Source of the DNA: Eledone cirrhosa | Lineage: Eukaryota | Assembly (NCBI GenBank): GCA_964016885.1 | Contig: OZ024756.1 | Coordinates: 39,432,001-39,496,000 of the forward strand | Direction of reading: 5' to 3' | Length of the DNA: 64,000 nucleotides | Shown here: positions 1 through 13,077 of the stretch, one piece after another | How the letters are laid out: each line of letters opens with the position of its first letter | How positions within the stretch are numbered: the first letter of the stretch is position 1 | Position numbers and translations under genes: made by a program | The notes under the pieces: generated by a model | What the model was told of the DNA's origin: nothing | Databases searched by the model: none | What the model saw: only the letters and a program-made list of their open reading frames with translations

Positions 1-220
1 ATTTATTTAACCAATTTAAACGTCCATATAGAGCTAGTAAGTCATGACAGACTTGGAGAAGTATCGAGTACTCTTTACAGTGGCTGCAGAGAACTGAGAT
101 CGTCTCACGATGAAGCAACCCGCTAATCTCTCTCCCATTATATTATATATATTTTATTATATATTATATATATATTATATATTATTATATATATATATAT
201 TATTATTTATATATATATAT

Positions 221-295
<75 letters not shown>

Positions 296-387
296 TATAT
301 TATATTATATATATATATATATATAATATATTATATTATATTATACATATATATATATATTTATATATTTATATATATATATATTAT

Positions 388-642
388 ACCTCTACTGCGT
401 CTTCCTTCTACTGGGATTTCTTGGTACTTCTTTACCCAGCGTTCATCCTCTATGCGCCACATGTCCATACCATCTCAGCCTTCTCTCCTGCACTCCTGCA
501 CACCACAACTTATCCCTCTTATACCCAGTTTCTTTCTCAACTCGTCTATCCTTGGTCGTTCACGCACATTGACATTGTACATCCAACGGAGCATACTTGC
601 TTCATTTCTCTCCATATCCTCTGAAGTTGCTGGCCATGTCTC
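388..642 (-). mobile_element. RTE-clade LINE fragment (C-terminal region of ORF, decayed)
   Basis: Minus strand reads [57 protein letters not shown] with frameshifts, matching RTE post-RT motifs; flanked by (TA)n. Confidence 0.75.
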
Positions 643-659
643 CTATATAGATTGATACG

Positions 660-787
<128 letters not shown>

Positions 788-815
788 CGAAACATGAACT
801 CATAATCCTTTATTT

Positions 816-871
816 ACTGCTATATATATTTCGATGATAGCCATTGAATGGCTATGACCTCATCAGGCAGT
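816..871 (-). ncRNA. Minimal type-I hammerhead ribozyme, intact core
   Basis: ACUGC-CUGAUGA-[GGUCAUAGCCAU UCA AUGGCUAUCAUC]-GAAA-UAUAU-AUA/GCAGU: 5-bp stem I, hairpin stem II, self-complementary (UA)n stem III. Confidence 0.85.
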
Positions 872-1464
872 TAGTCAGTTCTTAGATATGCCAGTGTTTA
901 TAGTGTTGATGGTATCAGAGCCTTGGGACATATGAGCTTGTTAGGAATAATGTAATGTTGTCAGCAGGAATAGTCTTAATTCTCATTGGTCAGTTTGTAG
1001 ATGCTAGTAGGGTTGGTATTTGACCTCAAAGAGGCAGGTGGTGTTGTAAAGTTCAAACCGTCAGGCAAGATGACAATAGATCCATATAACTGATTTTTCA
1101 CAAAAAGCATTCCTGGTCAGATATATATTCAATTGAGGTTAATAGTATGAAATAGATACTACAGGTCATTCTTATATTGAGGAATTTATGTGGAGTGGTG
1201 TTACTGAAATTTATGGTTAGAGTAGAAAATTTACAAATAAAAAGACTTATGTAGGTTGGCTTGCACGTACACTCACACCCACCTCCACAGACACACACAC
1301 ACTTCCACACATACAAAATGTGGGGTAGTAATACTTAAAATAATGGTTAGAGTCCAATACTTAGATAGTTTAGAAAATATATATATATATATATATAATA
1401 TATATATATATGTGTGTGTGTGTGTATATGTATATAAATACGTATATATATATATATATTTTTT

Positions 1465-1660
1465 TTTTAAATATAGAAAAGCTTCTACAGGACTAAAACT
1501 GTTTCATTCATGAGAAATCATCAGGGCTTCCTGATGATTTCTCATTAATGAAACAGTTGTAGTCCTGTAGAAGCTTTTCTATATTAAAACATTTATACTC
1601 TGCTATGTATTGAGTACCTTACTTACTATGGTTACCTCCGATTCAACCCGGAATAACTGA
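1465..1660. mobile_element. Fold-back Penelope-like terminal repeat, family A (HHR core in ~60-bp inverted arms)
   Basis: Arms 1465-1525 and 1530-1589 differ at 2 positions; right arm CUGAUGA-UUUCUCAUUAAU-GAAAC-AGUU-GUA; homologues at 43185-43345 and 60148-60335, stub at 12195-12207. Confidence 0.75.
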
Positions 1661-1705
1661 TATGTGTATGTATATATATAACCTTTGCATATATATATAT
1701 ATATA

Positions 1706-1800
1706 TTGGTAGAAGAATGGGAGGTTATATCCGTAGTAAGTAGAGCATTCTGTCCATGGAACGAGTCCGGTGGAAGCTCCCCTACAGTTAGCAAAATATT
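1706..1800. repeat. Dispersed (TA)n-flanked repeat; inverted homologue at 48245-48382
   Basis: Shared tatccgtagt..tagagca..tccatgg.acgagt; the 48.2 kb copy has an HHR 3' half GAAAC-AAUU-GUU. Confidence 0.55.
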
Positions 1801-2521
1801 TTCGAGGGCACACGTTACACCCTCCGTTGTGTGTATGGAAATGTATACGTTTTGTATTTATGAGTGTCAGTGTACTTTTGTGTTCCATACAATTTTAATT
1901 CGGTCAATAGTAATAATCGGTTACAGCTTTATGCATGAAGTGAATTGTGGCTAGTTAATTTACATTACAATTTTATAATTTCTTTTTAAATGTTCGTTTT
2001 TTTTCTTTGAATCTTTGTCAGTTTTCACTTTCTACCTAATATAGGTATTTAGATTAGAACCTGACTACTTATTTCCTGTTGAAAATCCCACTTTAAAACC
2101 GAAGTGTAAAAAAATTAGTTAAAATTTGATATATTGATATATTATCCATTTAATGCTTGATAAAGTCTAAAATTCCCGAAACTATGCAAACTCAAATTTG
2201 ACTGCCGTACGCATGAATAATATAGCGCCTTCGACCTTGATTTCTTCTGCCAACGGAGAATTATAAATACGTATGAGGAAATATTATTGATGATTGAAGT
2301 GACTCAAAGACAAGCCTTGTAGGTAGGTTTATACGACGTTAAAAGCAGTCCATTATTGAAATTTGTAACGTATAAGGGAGAGATTAAATAGTAACGACTA
2401 AAAGTTATAGCGAAAATGATATCTACTTATTTGCAGAACTGGGAAACTAGAAGAGCAAATGGTTCTCGCCTTTTACAGCTTGCTAGATCTACAATAGATA
2501 CACATTTTAATAAATGTCCAT

Positions 2522-2570
<49 letters not shown>

Positions 2571-2648
2571 ACCTGTTATTTTTATCTAAAGACATTTTTC
2601 CCAATTCCACTGCGCCCGTCCCCTCAATCTATCTTATTTCTCATTCTT

Positions 2649-2684
2649 TCTTCTGGGGAAAGACTAGCGTCCGAAACGTTAAGA
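2649..2684 (+). ncRNA. Degenerate minimal hammerhead motif (A6 to G)
   Basis: UCUU-CUGGGGA-AAGAC UAGC GUCC-GAAAC-GUU/AAGA with palindromic AACGUU; downstream 2712-2772 recurs inverted at 28672-28735. Confidence 0.5.
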
Positions 2685-2780
2685 CCCTCTTCCTGCTATA
2701 TCAAGCGTTAACCTAATATATCCCTTCCATATACTGTACCGATTGTGTTGTTATTTCTGTTTACCTTATACATACATGCA

Positions 2781-2943
<163 letters not shown>

Positions 2944-3471
2944 CTCTGTCACGTGTTCCAGCTGACAGGCTGGAGCACCACCATGCTTCTTTAAAACACC
3001 TCATTTTCAGGGCTTCATTATAGAAATTTGCAGCCAGGACTATTTTTACTTTGTCGGACAATATCGAGAGCTTCCTTGTATCGAGGGCCAATCCAACCCA
3101 TATATTTTAGACGTGCACCCAAATGGAAATAAAGTTCAAATATATGTTTTTTAAACCTCAGGATAATACAGCTGGCATTGGCATATTATTATGATCCTAT
3201 TTAAGAGTATACGGAGAAATTTTTTTATTTTGTCTCTCGTCTTATAAACAAGATTCAATCAGAAATCTTCTTTTAGCTTTATCATGTTAAATACGATGTA
3301 ACAAAAAATTCGTTGAAGCATTTTTACGTTTTCTAAATCTAGCTTTCTTATAAATTTTGCTCTGGGGAATTCAAAACAAATTTTAATGCTTTATGCTGCA
3401 CGGATTGAACTAAAAGTACACATAAACACACAGAGATATATAGATATACACATACATACAGCACACCCACA

Positions 3472-3512
<41 letters not shown>

Positions 3513-3556
3513 ATATATATATATATATTTATCAGGCTAAAAATTCTAATTTAGTC

Positions 3557-3610
3557 TAGAAATAGCCGTCGAAGCGGCTTGAGCTCTGCCGTCGGGGTCA
3601 TACCTTTTCA
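3557..3610 (+). repeat. Family G short repeat (HHR 3' half: GAAAC-stem III-GUC)
   Basis: tagccgtcgaa.cggc..gagctc.gccgtcggggtc; copies at 13839-13945, 20708-20843, 21545-21590, 55866-56016 (inverted). Confidence 0.65.
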
Positions 3611-4261
3611 TATATATATATATATATATATAGAAAAACAATTTGCGGGTTGCTGGCTCGCTTCACTAATTTCTTTGCGCACCAGGGTATTTGCATCTAA
3701 AAAGAAAATAGAAAATGCAGTCATTACAAACAAACAAGAATAGAGAAAGAAGGGTGAAAATACAGAGAATTAACAATTATAAGATGGAAAGAAAGTAAAT
3801 GAAGAGGAGCTGTTTACGAAGTTGTTTGGAAACAATGGTTACGTTTGTTTAAAACTTTCTCTGCAATCAAGTGAAGCGATTAAAATAAATAAAACATATC
3901 TTTCTTCATCGATTAGCTGTGAAAGAGAAATAATTAAAGTATATAAGATGTTGTTCGTGTCATCATGTTAAGTAGAATTTACCATTTTAAATTACGGTAT
4001 TAAAACGAAACATAAATCTGTTAAAAACGTAATGTCTTAGAAACAACATTTCTTTATGAGTGTGCTAAATTGATTGAAAATCGAATTAAATTAATTCAAA
4101 CTTTCCATGTTACTTGAAATACGAAGTAAATAATATTTAAATACGCACTAAATCATTAAACAAGCAAGCAGTTGTAATTAAAGCTACCACAGTAAATCTA
4201 GAGATGATTATCCTTTAAATACAGCCATAGCTGATTGGGTTCCAAATGATATTAATTTCAA

Positions 4262-4296
<35 letters not shown>

Positions 4297-4300
<4 letters not shown>

Positions 4301-4553
4301 AACAACGCAATATAATTATTCCATTACCAAAGGTTTCAGGAAATTAAACGATTCTAACAGAAACGCCTAATTCGTTCAACAGATAGATATTTCATCTAAT
4401 GAACGAACGAGACGTTCCTGTTATAATCGTCTAATCTCGTGAAACCTTGGGTTATGGAATAATTATATTGTGTTGTTTATTATATAATTAAATAGCTCTG
4501 TACTATATATATATAGAGCACTCTTCTTTCCATTAACTTTTCTACGGAAATAC

Positions 4554-4558
<5 letters not shown>
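4297..4558. mobile_element. Fold-back element family B with degenerate HHR (4389-4460, +)
   Basis: ~80-bp imperfect inverted arms; AUUUCAU-CUAAUGA-long stem II-GAAAC CUUGG GUU/AUGGAAU; 3' tail gctctgt..tagagcactc..cggaa shared with 9.3 and 48.9 kb copies. Confidence 0.75.
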
Positions 4559-4584
<26 letters not shown>

Positions 4585-4975
4585 CTAGGGCATGTAAAAT
4601 TCCCGAGATCCATGGACGAGTTTCCTCCAGTGGTCTCTGTGCCTCATTATCGCTGCCATGTCCTGCGTCTCCAAGAGACCAGTGTCTGTCTTTAGGGCCT
4701 CAACATACGTCAACCTCGGTCTCCTTCTTCTAGTGTGTCCATGCATGGGCTCCCACAGGAGCACTGAGTGCAGTGTCAACTCAGGATGTCGGTGAGCATG
4801 TCCAGCTAACCCCAGTCTCCTCTGTGCTACTCTCGAGGTGACTTTTGACAGGCACCCGTACAGCTCTGAGTTCTTCATCCTCAGCATCCTCGTCTAGAAG
4901 ACATCCACCATCTGAGTGAGTTTCTTGGTCAGTGTCCAAGTCTCAGAGCTGCACAGCACCACAGACTCCCCTACA
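4585..4975 (-). mobile_element. RTE LINE 3' end fragment
   Basis: RRLGLAGHAHRHPEL..VLLWEP.HG..RRRPRLTYVEAL..DTGL..MRHRDHWR; stop codon runs directly into (TA)n. Confidence 0.85.
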
Positions 4976-4998
4976 TCAACGAAGAGATGTTGCTATAT

Positions 4999-5043
<45 letters not shown>

Positions 5044-5047
<4 letters not shown>

Positions 5048-5228
5048 CGGTGGATTGGTAGTATCGGTAGAGGGTCGGACGCCATGCTTTCTAGCATAGT
5101 TACGTCCCTTTACGATCTGAGTTCAAATCCCGCCAAGGTTGACTTTGCCTTTCATCCTTACGGGGTCGATAAAATAAAGTACCAGTGAGGCACTGGGTAG
5201 TTGCTGGCCTTGTGCCTAAAGTAGAAAC

Positions 5229-5232
<4 letters not shown>
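5044..5232 (+). mobile_element. tRNA-derived SINE with Deu/Nin-like core
   Basis: A/B-box-like head (tggattggtagtatcggtaga..gagttcaaatccc) plus gcctttcatccttacggggtcgataaaataaagtaccag core. Confidence 0.85.
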
Positions 5233-5262
<30 letters not shown>

Positions 5263-5331
5263 TCAGCGAGAATCGCATTTCGGCGGGTAGAAAAAGCGAA
5301 ACGTAACGCAAATTCCGAGTCATGCTGGCAA

Positions 5332-5444
<113 letters not shown>

Positions 5445-5709
5445 TACTGTAGGTGATTCAGTGATTTACTGGTGGTGGTACCAAAATAAGTGCTCTATAC
5501 ACAGGCAGTGTATATATTAGAAAATTATACGGATTTCTTCGGTATTTTGGCCACAACATCATATCTCATAGGTAGGTAGTATCATGATGACATCTTTGGA
5601 CAGCTGCTTATGACATGGGTGATATCTTCGATGTTAATTCGGCAGAGTCTGCATTTGTTGTCACATCTAGATGTTTTGTCTGCATCCCTATCTCTTTTGT
5701 GGATCAGAT

Positions 5710-5992
5710 GTGTATGTATGTATGTTTACATATATGTATGTATGTTTGCATGTATGCATGTATGTATGCATGTATATATGCATGTATGTATGTATATATG
5801 TATGTATTCAGGTGTGTATGTATGTATGTATGTATTCATGCATGTATATATGTATGTATTCAGGTGTGTATGTATGTATGTATTCATGCATGTATGTATA
5901 TATGTATGTATTCAGGTGTGTATGTATGTATGTATGTATTCATGCATGTATGTATATATGTATGTATTCAGTGTGTATATATATATATATAT
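5710..5992. repeat. Compound (TATG)n microsatellite with attcatgc/attcaggtg spacers
   Basis: Directly visible periodicity. Confidence 0.85.
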
Positions 5993-6689
5993 AGAAAGAA
6001 AGGATGATTGAGGAAGAGCGATATTGATTAATTATTCATAGAATAACTGATTCATTAAAAAAGTTAATTGGATACATATATTTGGAACAGCATTCCGACC
6101 TGAGCCTGGGAACTTTCATTCAAATTCATAGTAAATCTAAATAAAGGATGTTATAAGAATATTGATTGCAAGGATTAATAGAAAGACATATAAGAGCCAG
6201 GAGGTGCAGAATGAGGTGAATATTAGGAAACAGGTGAACTGTAAATAATTACATGACCATTTCACTTTAATGTAATGAGTTATTATTGCCATTAATTCTT
6301 GTTGACTGTTGTTCTTTTGTCATCTCATATCAGTGTTCTCTCTATAATGTTTAAGGCCAGTTACTGTTTAATAGCCTCATAATACCACTGCTGCATTTCA
6401 TTCATATTCTTGCCTGAGGTTAATTATCCTCCATACATTGATTCCAAATAGAATATATTGTTTCATTAAACATTAGTTTTGAAATCTCAGATTCCAATCT
6501 GAGTACATGATTCAATGTTACTGCACAATTTTCGATGAAACAAAGACAGTTGTTGTATGATAGAAGAATAATTTTAACTGCTCATCCTTTGTAAGGGAAG
6601 GAACGTAAATATATTACTGTGTAACAAGCAAGACGAAAATATCTCCGTCACTATTTTAGTATAAGTTTACGATATCATATACAGCAAGT

Positions 6690-8004
6690 CTGAACACAGT
6701 GGAACCAAACTCCCACTGTCACTGCCTCAGTCTCTCCCGCTCTCCCCATCTCTCATATACACCAGGTCCTAACACAGAGGAACCAAACTCCCACTGTCAC
6801 TGCCTCTCTCTCTCTCCCGCTCTCCCATCTCTCATAGACACCAGGTACGAACACAAAGGAACCAAACACCCACTATCACTGCCTCCGTCTCTCCCGCTCT
6901 CCCCATCTCTCATATACACCAGGTACGAACACAATGGAACCAAACACCCACTATCACTGCCTCCGTCTCTCTCACTCGCCCCACCTCTCATATACACCAG
7001 GTCCGAACACAATGGAACCAAACACCCACTATCACTGCCTCCGTCTCTCCCGCTCTCCCCATCTCTCATATACACCAGGTACGAACACAATGGAACCAAA
7101 CTCCCACTATCACTGCCTCTGTCTCTCCCGCTCTCCCCATCTCTCATATACACCAGGTCCGAACACAATGGAACCAAACTCCCACTATCACTGCCTCTGT
7201 CTCTCCCGCTCTCCCCATCTCTCATATACACCAGGTCCGAACACAATGGAACCAAACACCCACTATCACTGCCTCCGTCTCTCCCGCTCTCCCCATCTCT
7301 CATATACACCAGGTACGAACACAATGGAACCAAACTCCCACTATCACTGCCTCTGTCTCTCCCGCTCTCCCCATCTCTCATATACACCAGGTACGAACAC
7401 AATGGAACCAAACTCCCACTATCACTGCCTCTGTCTCTCCCGCTCTCCCCATCTCTCATATACACCAGGTACGAACACAATGGAACCAAACTCCCACTAT
7501 CACTGCCTCTGTCTCTCCCGCTCTCCCCATCTCTCATATACACCAGGTCCGAACACAATGGAACCAAACACCCACTATCACTGCCTCCGTCTCTCCCGCT
7601 CTCCCCATCTCTCATATACACCAGGTACGAACACAATGGAACCAAACTCCCACTATCACTGCCTCTGTCTCTCCCGCTCTCCCCATCTCTCATATACACC
7701 AGGTACGAACACAATGGAACCAAACTCCCACTATCACTGCCTCTGTCTCTCCCGCTCTCCCCATCTCTCATATACACCAGGTACGAACACAATGGAACCA
7801 AACTCCCACTATCACTGCCTCTGTCTCTCCCGCTCTCCCCATCTCTCATATACACCAGGTCCGAACACAATGGAACCAAACACCCACTATCACTGCCTCT
7901 GTCTCTCCCGCTCTCCCCATCTCTCATATACACCAGGTCCGAACACAATGGAACCAAACACCCACTATCACTGCCTCTGTCTCTCCCGCTCTCCCCATCT
8001 CTCA
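6690..8004. repeat. 78-bp tandem repeat, ~17 units
   Basis: Unit ccaggtacgaacacaatggaaccaaactcccactatcactgcctctgtctctcccgctctccccatctctcatataca; explains the 26-aa periodic ORFs. Confidence 0.95.
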
Positions 8005-9254
8005 CGTTTATAAACAAATGGAGGCCCACGCTTTCGTCGTCCCGCTGCCCGGTGGACAGAATATATTAAGACTGTCACTGGATAATAACTTGCAGTTTAG
8101 TTAAGATTTTTTACTAGCCAATTGCTTTGTTTAGAAGGTTAAAGGGAATTATTTATCACACTCGGACAATGTACAGGGAAGGAATTAATAATTAGAACCC
8201 GGTTTATAATCTATAGGAAGATATTGTACTTTTGATCTGTAGAAACGGACATCAATTCTGAGTCTTTTAACCTTTTCATCAAGATTTATTAACATGTACC
8301 CTATTGTGGAATATGCGTATTATGTTGGCTAAATCTATTATAAGTATGAAAACTAATAATAATGTTGTAGAGAGAGAAATATCATCTTTGAAATAAATAT
8401 AAAGTGCTTTCACACTAGAAGCTAAATTATTCGGTTCCTTATTTAGCCTGAAAACCGATTGATAGAGATCTCGAAGATATAAAAACTCGTAATGTATGGA
8501 TTTCATATTCTTAAATTCTGTTTTAATAATTACAATATTAAATAACCGCATTGAAATAACCCCGCTAGAAATATAGTCTATTTTGTAAAGCATGTATTTG
8601 ATTTTATGACACGTAATCAATGGAGGCGGCTATATAATGGAATGATACTAAGACTGTTCGCAGTTGGTCGTAAAATTTTCTCTAATAGAAGATTGATGCC
8701 GTTTCAAAATCCAACATTTATGGCATTCCGATTGATATTTGACGTGTGAGCCGATTCAATAACCAATAATTGTATGAGAGTGTTAATAAGAACTGGTAAA
8801 GTTCTTTGGAATGGAAGATGAAATAAAGTGAGCCTTCAATGCAGTTCGATTAATCTTTATCATGTCAATATTTCTCAGAATTATGGAATTGTTCAGGCAG
8901 CAATGATAAGCGTTCACTGACATCTATATCCTCGCATACACACGTATATAAGAATATATTTGCTCATATCCAAACTTGCATATAAATACACAATATCACC
9001 GCATATATACTCGTACTTACACTAAATAATATGTGTATATTTATATATATATACATATCACTAACGGTAAGGGTCTCACGTACACAATATACACACACAT
9101 ACGTATATATACACACACATATATATACATTATATAACTCCACAGACATTTCTCGAAAAGCTATCTACTACGCTTTCACACCAACATATCTCTAACGTTC
9201 CCCAAATATGTATAACGTCAAGTGCATGAAGTGAATTGCATCCTCGTATACCGA

Positions 9255-9328
<74 letters not shown>

Positions 9329-9335
<7 letters not shown>

Positions 9336-9589
9336 TGTAATAAACAACATAAGGCAATTATTCCATTTACCAGTGGTTCCTTAAAAGCAAAAAATTTTGC
9401 TTTCAATCCTCAGAATGAAAAAAACCAGGATTTTTTCATTCTGAGGATTGAAAGCAAACTTTTTTGCTTTTAAGAAACCACTGGTAAATGGAATAATTGC
9501 CTTATGTTGTTTATTACATAACTATTAAGCTCTGTTACCAACATAGAGCACTCTTTTTTCCTGGACTTTTCCGACGGAATTACTTCATT

Positions 9590-9590
<1 letters not shown>
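9329..9590. mobile_element. Fold-back element family B, ~95-bp near-perfect inverted arms
   Basis: Arms 9329-9424 and 9431-9525 around ccagga; unique tail 9526-9590; (TA)n on both sides. Confidence 0.85.
9434..9493 (+). ncRNA. Minimal type-I hammerhead ribozyme, intact
   Basis: UUUCAUU-CUGAGGA-UUGAAAGCAAA CUUU UUUGCUUUUAA-GAAAC CACUG GUA/AAUGGAA; mirror copy on minus strand 9361-9420 has GGAAC. Confidence 0.9.
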
Positions 9591-9669
<79 letters not shown>

Positions 9670-9962
9670 ATACTCCGTTGTCAATAAAACAGTTGATACA
9701 TTGTTTCTTATCTATTCAATGTGCTGATCCACGCTTCTATGCAATGAATGTAATTTTTTTTTTACTAACTATTCATTGTAAATACTCCACAGGCTTCCTA
9801 ATTCAGGAGCAATCTTTATATTTTTTATCTTTCATGTGCTAAAATGTTGATAGGAAATATTCATTATGGCATCTGTCAACACTTATTAATAAATACAGAA
9901 CCTCATCTGCTGTATACGTTTTTGAGAGAACATCTGATGTGAACTATATAAATCCAGCAAAT

Positions 9963-10334
9963 AATTGTTTCTATTTTTGGCACCAGGCCAGCGATTACAC
10001 CAGTGTATTACTGGTACTTTATTTTATCGACCCCTTAAGGATGACTGGCAAAGTTAACCTCGGCGGGATTTGAACCCAGACTGTAAAGGGTCGTAACTCT
10101 ATGCTGCAAAGCATGCTGTCCAACCCTCTAACAATTCTGACAATCCACCACCCATAGAGTTTCTACCTTTGCACAAAACCAGCGAGTATCCCAGTTCATC
10201 ACTGGTACTTTATTTTATCGACCTCGTAAGGATGAAAGGTAAAGTTAACCTCGGCGGGATTTGAACTCAGAACGCAAAGGGCCATAACTATGCTGCAAAT
10301 CATGGTGTCTGACGCTCTACCGACCCTGCCAATA
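9963..10334 (-). mobile_element. Two tandem Deu/Nin-type SINEs
   Basis: Two consecutive reverse copies of the SINE core (9963-10152, 10157-10334). Confidence 0.85.
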
Positions 10335-10709
10335 ATGACAACTAGCTCCTTTATGTTTAGAGAAAATCACTTTGGATTTAGTTTTATTGAATTCCAATAA
10401 TTTCTTCAGCGATTTTGTTAAAATATATTTTCCCCTCATCCATCTTTACAGCCATATCTAACCCCTCCCTCAAGTGGTACTGCTATTATGATCGCTGAAA
10501 CCAATATAGGATTCTGTTATGTTAAGTATAAAACGAATTAGATTAAGTTGTTTTAATGTTTTATTTTTGACTTCAGTTAAATTCGAATATAATCAATATA
10601 TTTCTATGAATGACAATATCGGAATAATCATTAAGATTTCGATCGATCGACAGATCCCAAACCTCATTTTCTTATTATATAGTGTGAGATGGAACCCCTC
10701 AAATCGTAC

Positions 10710-10890
10710 TAAAGAAACAATGTTTGCATTCTTCTTTCTATTGCTGATACTATCTACCGGTCGTAACTCTTGGCAGAAAGAACAGCGTGAAATAAAGTGT
10801 CTTGCTCAAGGACATAACGCATCGCCTGGTCCGGAGAATCGAACTCACAATCTCACGATATCGAACCATTTCTCCAACCACCAAGCCATG
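10710..10890 (-). mobile_element. CORE-type tRNA SINE
   Basis: cgtgaaataaagtgtcttgctcaaggaca..aatcgaactc; same family at 21372-21510, 38890-38982, 43663-43882, 55629-55832. Confidence 0.8.
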
Positions 10891-11269
10891 TTTTTCTTTA
10901 GCTCCAAGTCATTACTGAGAGGGAGAACCTTTGATCAAATTCAATATCATCTCTCCTAGGACCATATTATGGAATGTGTACTATTTTAACACCGTGTAGT
11001 CTAATTTGAAGATGTTTGAATAGTTAATGTTGTACAAATATTGATATAGTTAGTCAACGATGGAGTAAATAGAGGTGTTTTTTCCATATTTAGCATATTT
11101 ATAAAACAGTTTTTCTTCTAATATTGCCAGAAAAATATAATAAAACACACTCACTGTTTGGTTTGGCTTTCGCTTCAGTATATTTTTATATTTCTATAAA
11201 TAATTTAGCTGGCAATCAATGTTTATAATTGATTTACCAACGGTTAAAAATGTAAACATAAATATAGTT

Positions 11270-11311
11270 TCAGAGTTCTTTCGTCACACGCATCTGTGAC
11301 ATCATCAGTGA
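11270..11311 (-). ncRNA. Minimal hammerhead motif, family H
   Basis: UCA-CUGAUGA-U-GUCACA GAUGCG UGUGAC-GAAAG AA CUC/UGA; homologue at 21115-21155 (-) with CUAAGGA core. Confidence 0.6.
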
Positions 11312-12118
11312 TGATTCTGTTTCCTCCCGTTGTGTATTTTTTGTTAGTAGATACATGTACTGGTCAGTTACATTTTAAATGTAGCTGGAATAATTTTCTG
11401 ACCAATCATAGAATTCTGCCCAGGTCGGCTACAATTACCCAATGTCGAATTATCAAAAGGCCAATTTTGTGAAATCGAGACTAGGTCTGCAATACCAAGT
11501 CATGCAATAAATTAACACGAAGAAAAATTTCTATCAAGATTAATAGAAGTTTGAAAACAACAGAGTTTTGAAAACAACAGAAAACAAGGAAACTACTATG
11601 GAATGGACTATGTAGTAACTGACACATAAAAGGACGTGGTAAAATCTGGAAGTCATTTCTATAAGAATGACATGGTGCTAACAAAAACAGCATGTGATTA
11701 CATAATCGAGAGTGGAAATATATTGAAATAAACAATGATTAAGCTATAACCAAAGAAACTGGTCTGACGATATTGTACATGGATTAGGAAAGCTGAAAGA
11801 ATTTATGGAATTGACAAGCATAGATAGAAATATTACTGAATTGACTAATGGAAAATCATACTTAAATGAGGAATTTCAGAAACATAACTATAGGCAATCA
11901 GAAACTGAAAACAATACAGCATTAAACAGCGGAAAAGCTGACGAGGGTTCAAAAGAACAAGCTATGAATTGAGAAATAAAATGAAATTTATAATCGACTC
12001 CTTAATACAATTTTAGAATGTGGCTCCAAAAAATCGATTACAAAGCATATTCTATTATATATATATAAATTTGTATCAAGATCTTCCAGTTAATTATTAA
12101 TTCTGGCAATATTATTAC

Positions 12119-12200
<82 letters not shown>

Positions 12201-12203
12201 AAG

Positions 12204-12279
<76 letters not shown>

Positions 12280-12578
12280 CTATCTATTTATATCTATATA
12301 TCTATATATGTATATCTATATATATCTATATATATATATCTATATATATCTATATATATATATCTATATATATCTATAAATATATATCTATCTATATATA
12401 TATATATATCTATATATATATATCTATATATATATATCTCTATATATATATATCTCTATATATATATATATCTCTATATATATCTATATCTATATATATA
12501 TATCTGTATATATATCTATATATATCTATATATCTCTATATATCTATATATATATATCTCTATATCTCTATATATACG

Positions 12579-12646
<68 letters not shown>

Positions 12647-12653
12647 ATATATA

Positions 12654-12702
<49 letters not shown>

Positions 12703-12704
<2 letters not shown>

Positions 12705-12777
12705 TTCATTATATATATTTCGGGGATACAAAATTTATGTTTGACATAAATTATAGCATGCCTTCTTCGGATAAAAT
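12703..12777 (-). ncRNA. Hammerhead motif family E (U4 to C)
   Basis: AUUUUAU-CCGAAGA-AGG..AAUUUAUGU CAA ACAUAAAUU..CCC-GAAA UAUAU AUA/AUGAAAU; homologous to 25666-25729. Confidence 0.7.
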
Positions 12778-12864
12778 ACAATATGAGATGTATAAAATGT
12801 TATATGACAATATCACATACTCACAAGAGTGACCTTAACAGATCAATTACAAATATATATATAT

Positions 12865-12904
<40 letters not shown>

Positions 12905-13018
12905 TGTGTATGTGGACATATATATACTCCTAGGATCACCTGTCTTATGTGGCGTCTCTGAGAGTACAGAGGTGAAATTCCAGAGTAACAAAGCTAGTCA
13001 TTTATACTTATACGTATA

Positions 13019-13077
<59 letters not shown>

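Noticed and set aside
5044-5135. tRNA genes
   Set aside because: The tRNA-like boxes are SINE heads without a cloverleaf
6699-8069. 456-, 410- and 359-aa repetitive ORFs
   Set aside because: Consequence of a 78-bp unit (multiple of 3) open in several frames on both strands; no coding evidence
8100-8900. Possible decayed Penelope RT (113-aa minus ORF)
   Set aside because: Only vague motif similarity; cannot be supported without a profile search
11400-12000. A-rich stretch with KADEG resembling the Penelope ADKG motif (similar A-rich tracts at 30.0-31.2 and 38.1-38.6 kb)
   Set aside because: Multiple stops and a single short motif
12925-12990. Further HHR-like fragments (also near 85-120, 15140-15170, 40950-40990, 47215-47250, 57518-57560)
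   Set aside because: Two or more core mismatches or no pairable stem I; indistinguishable from chance by eye
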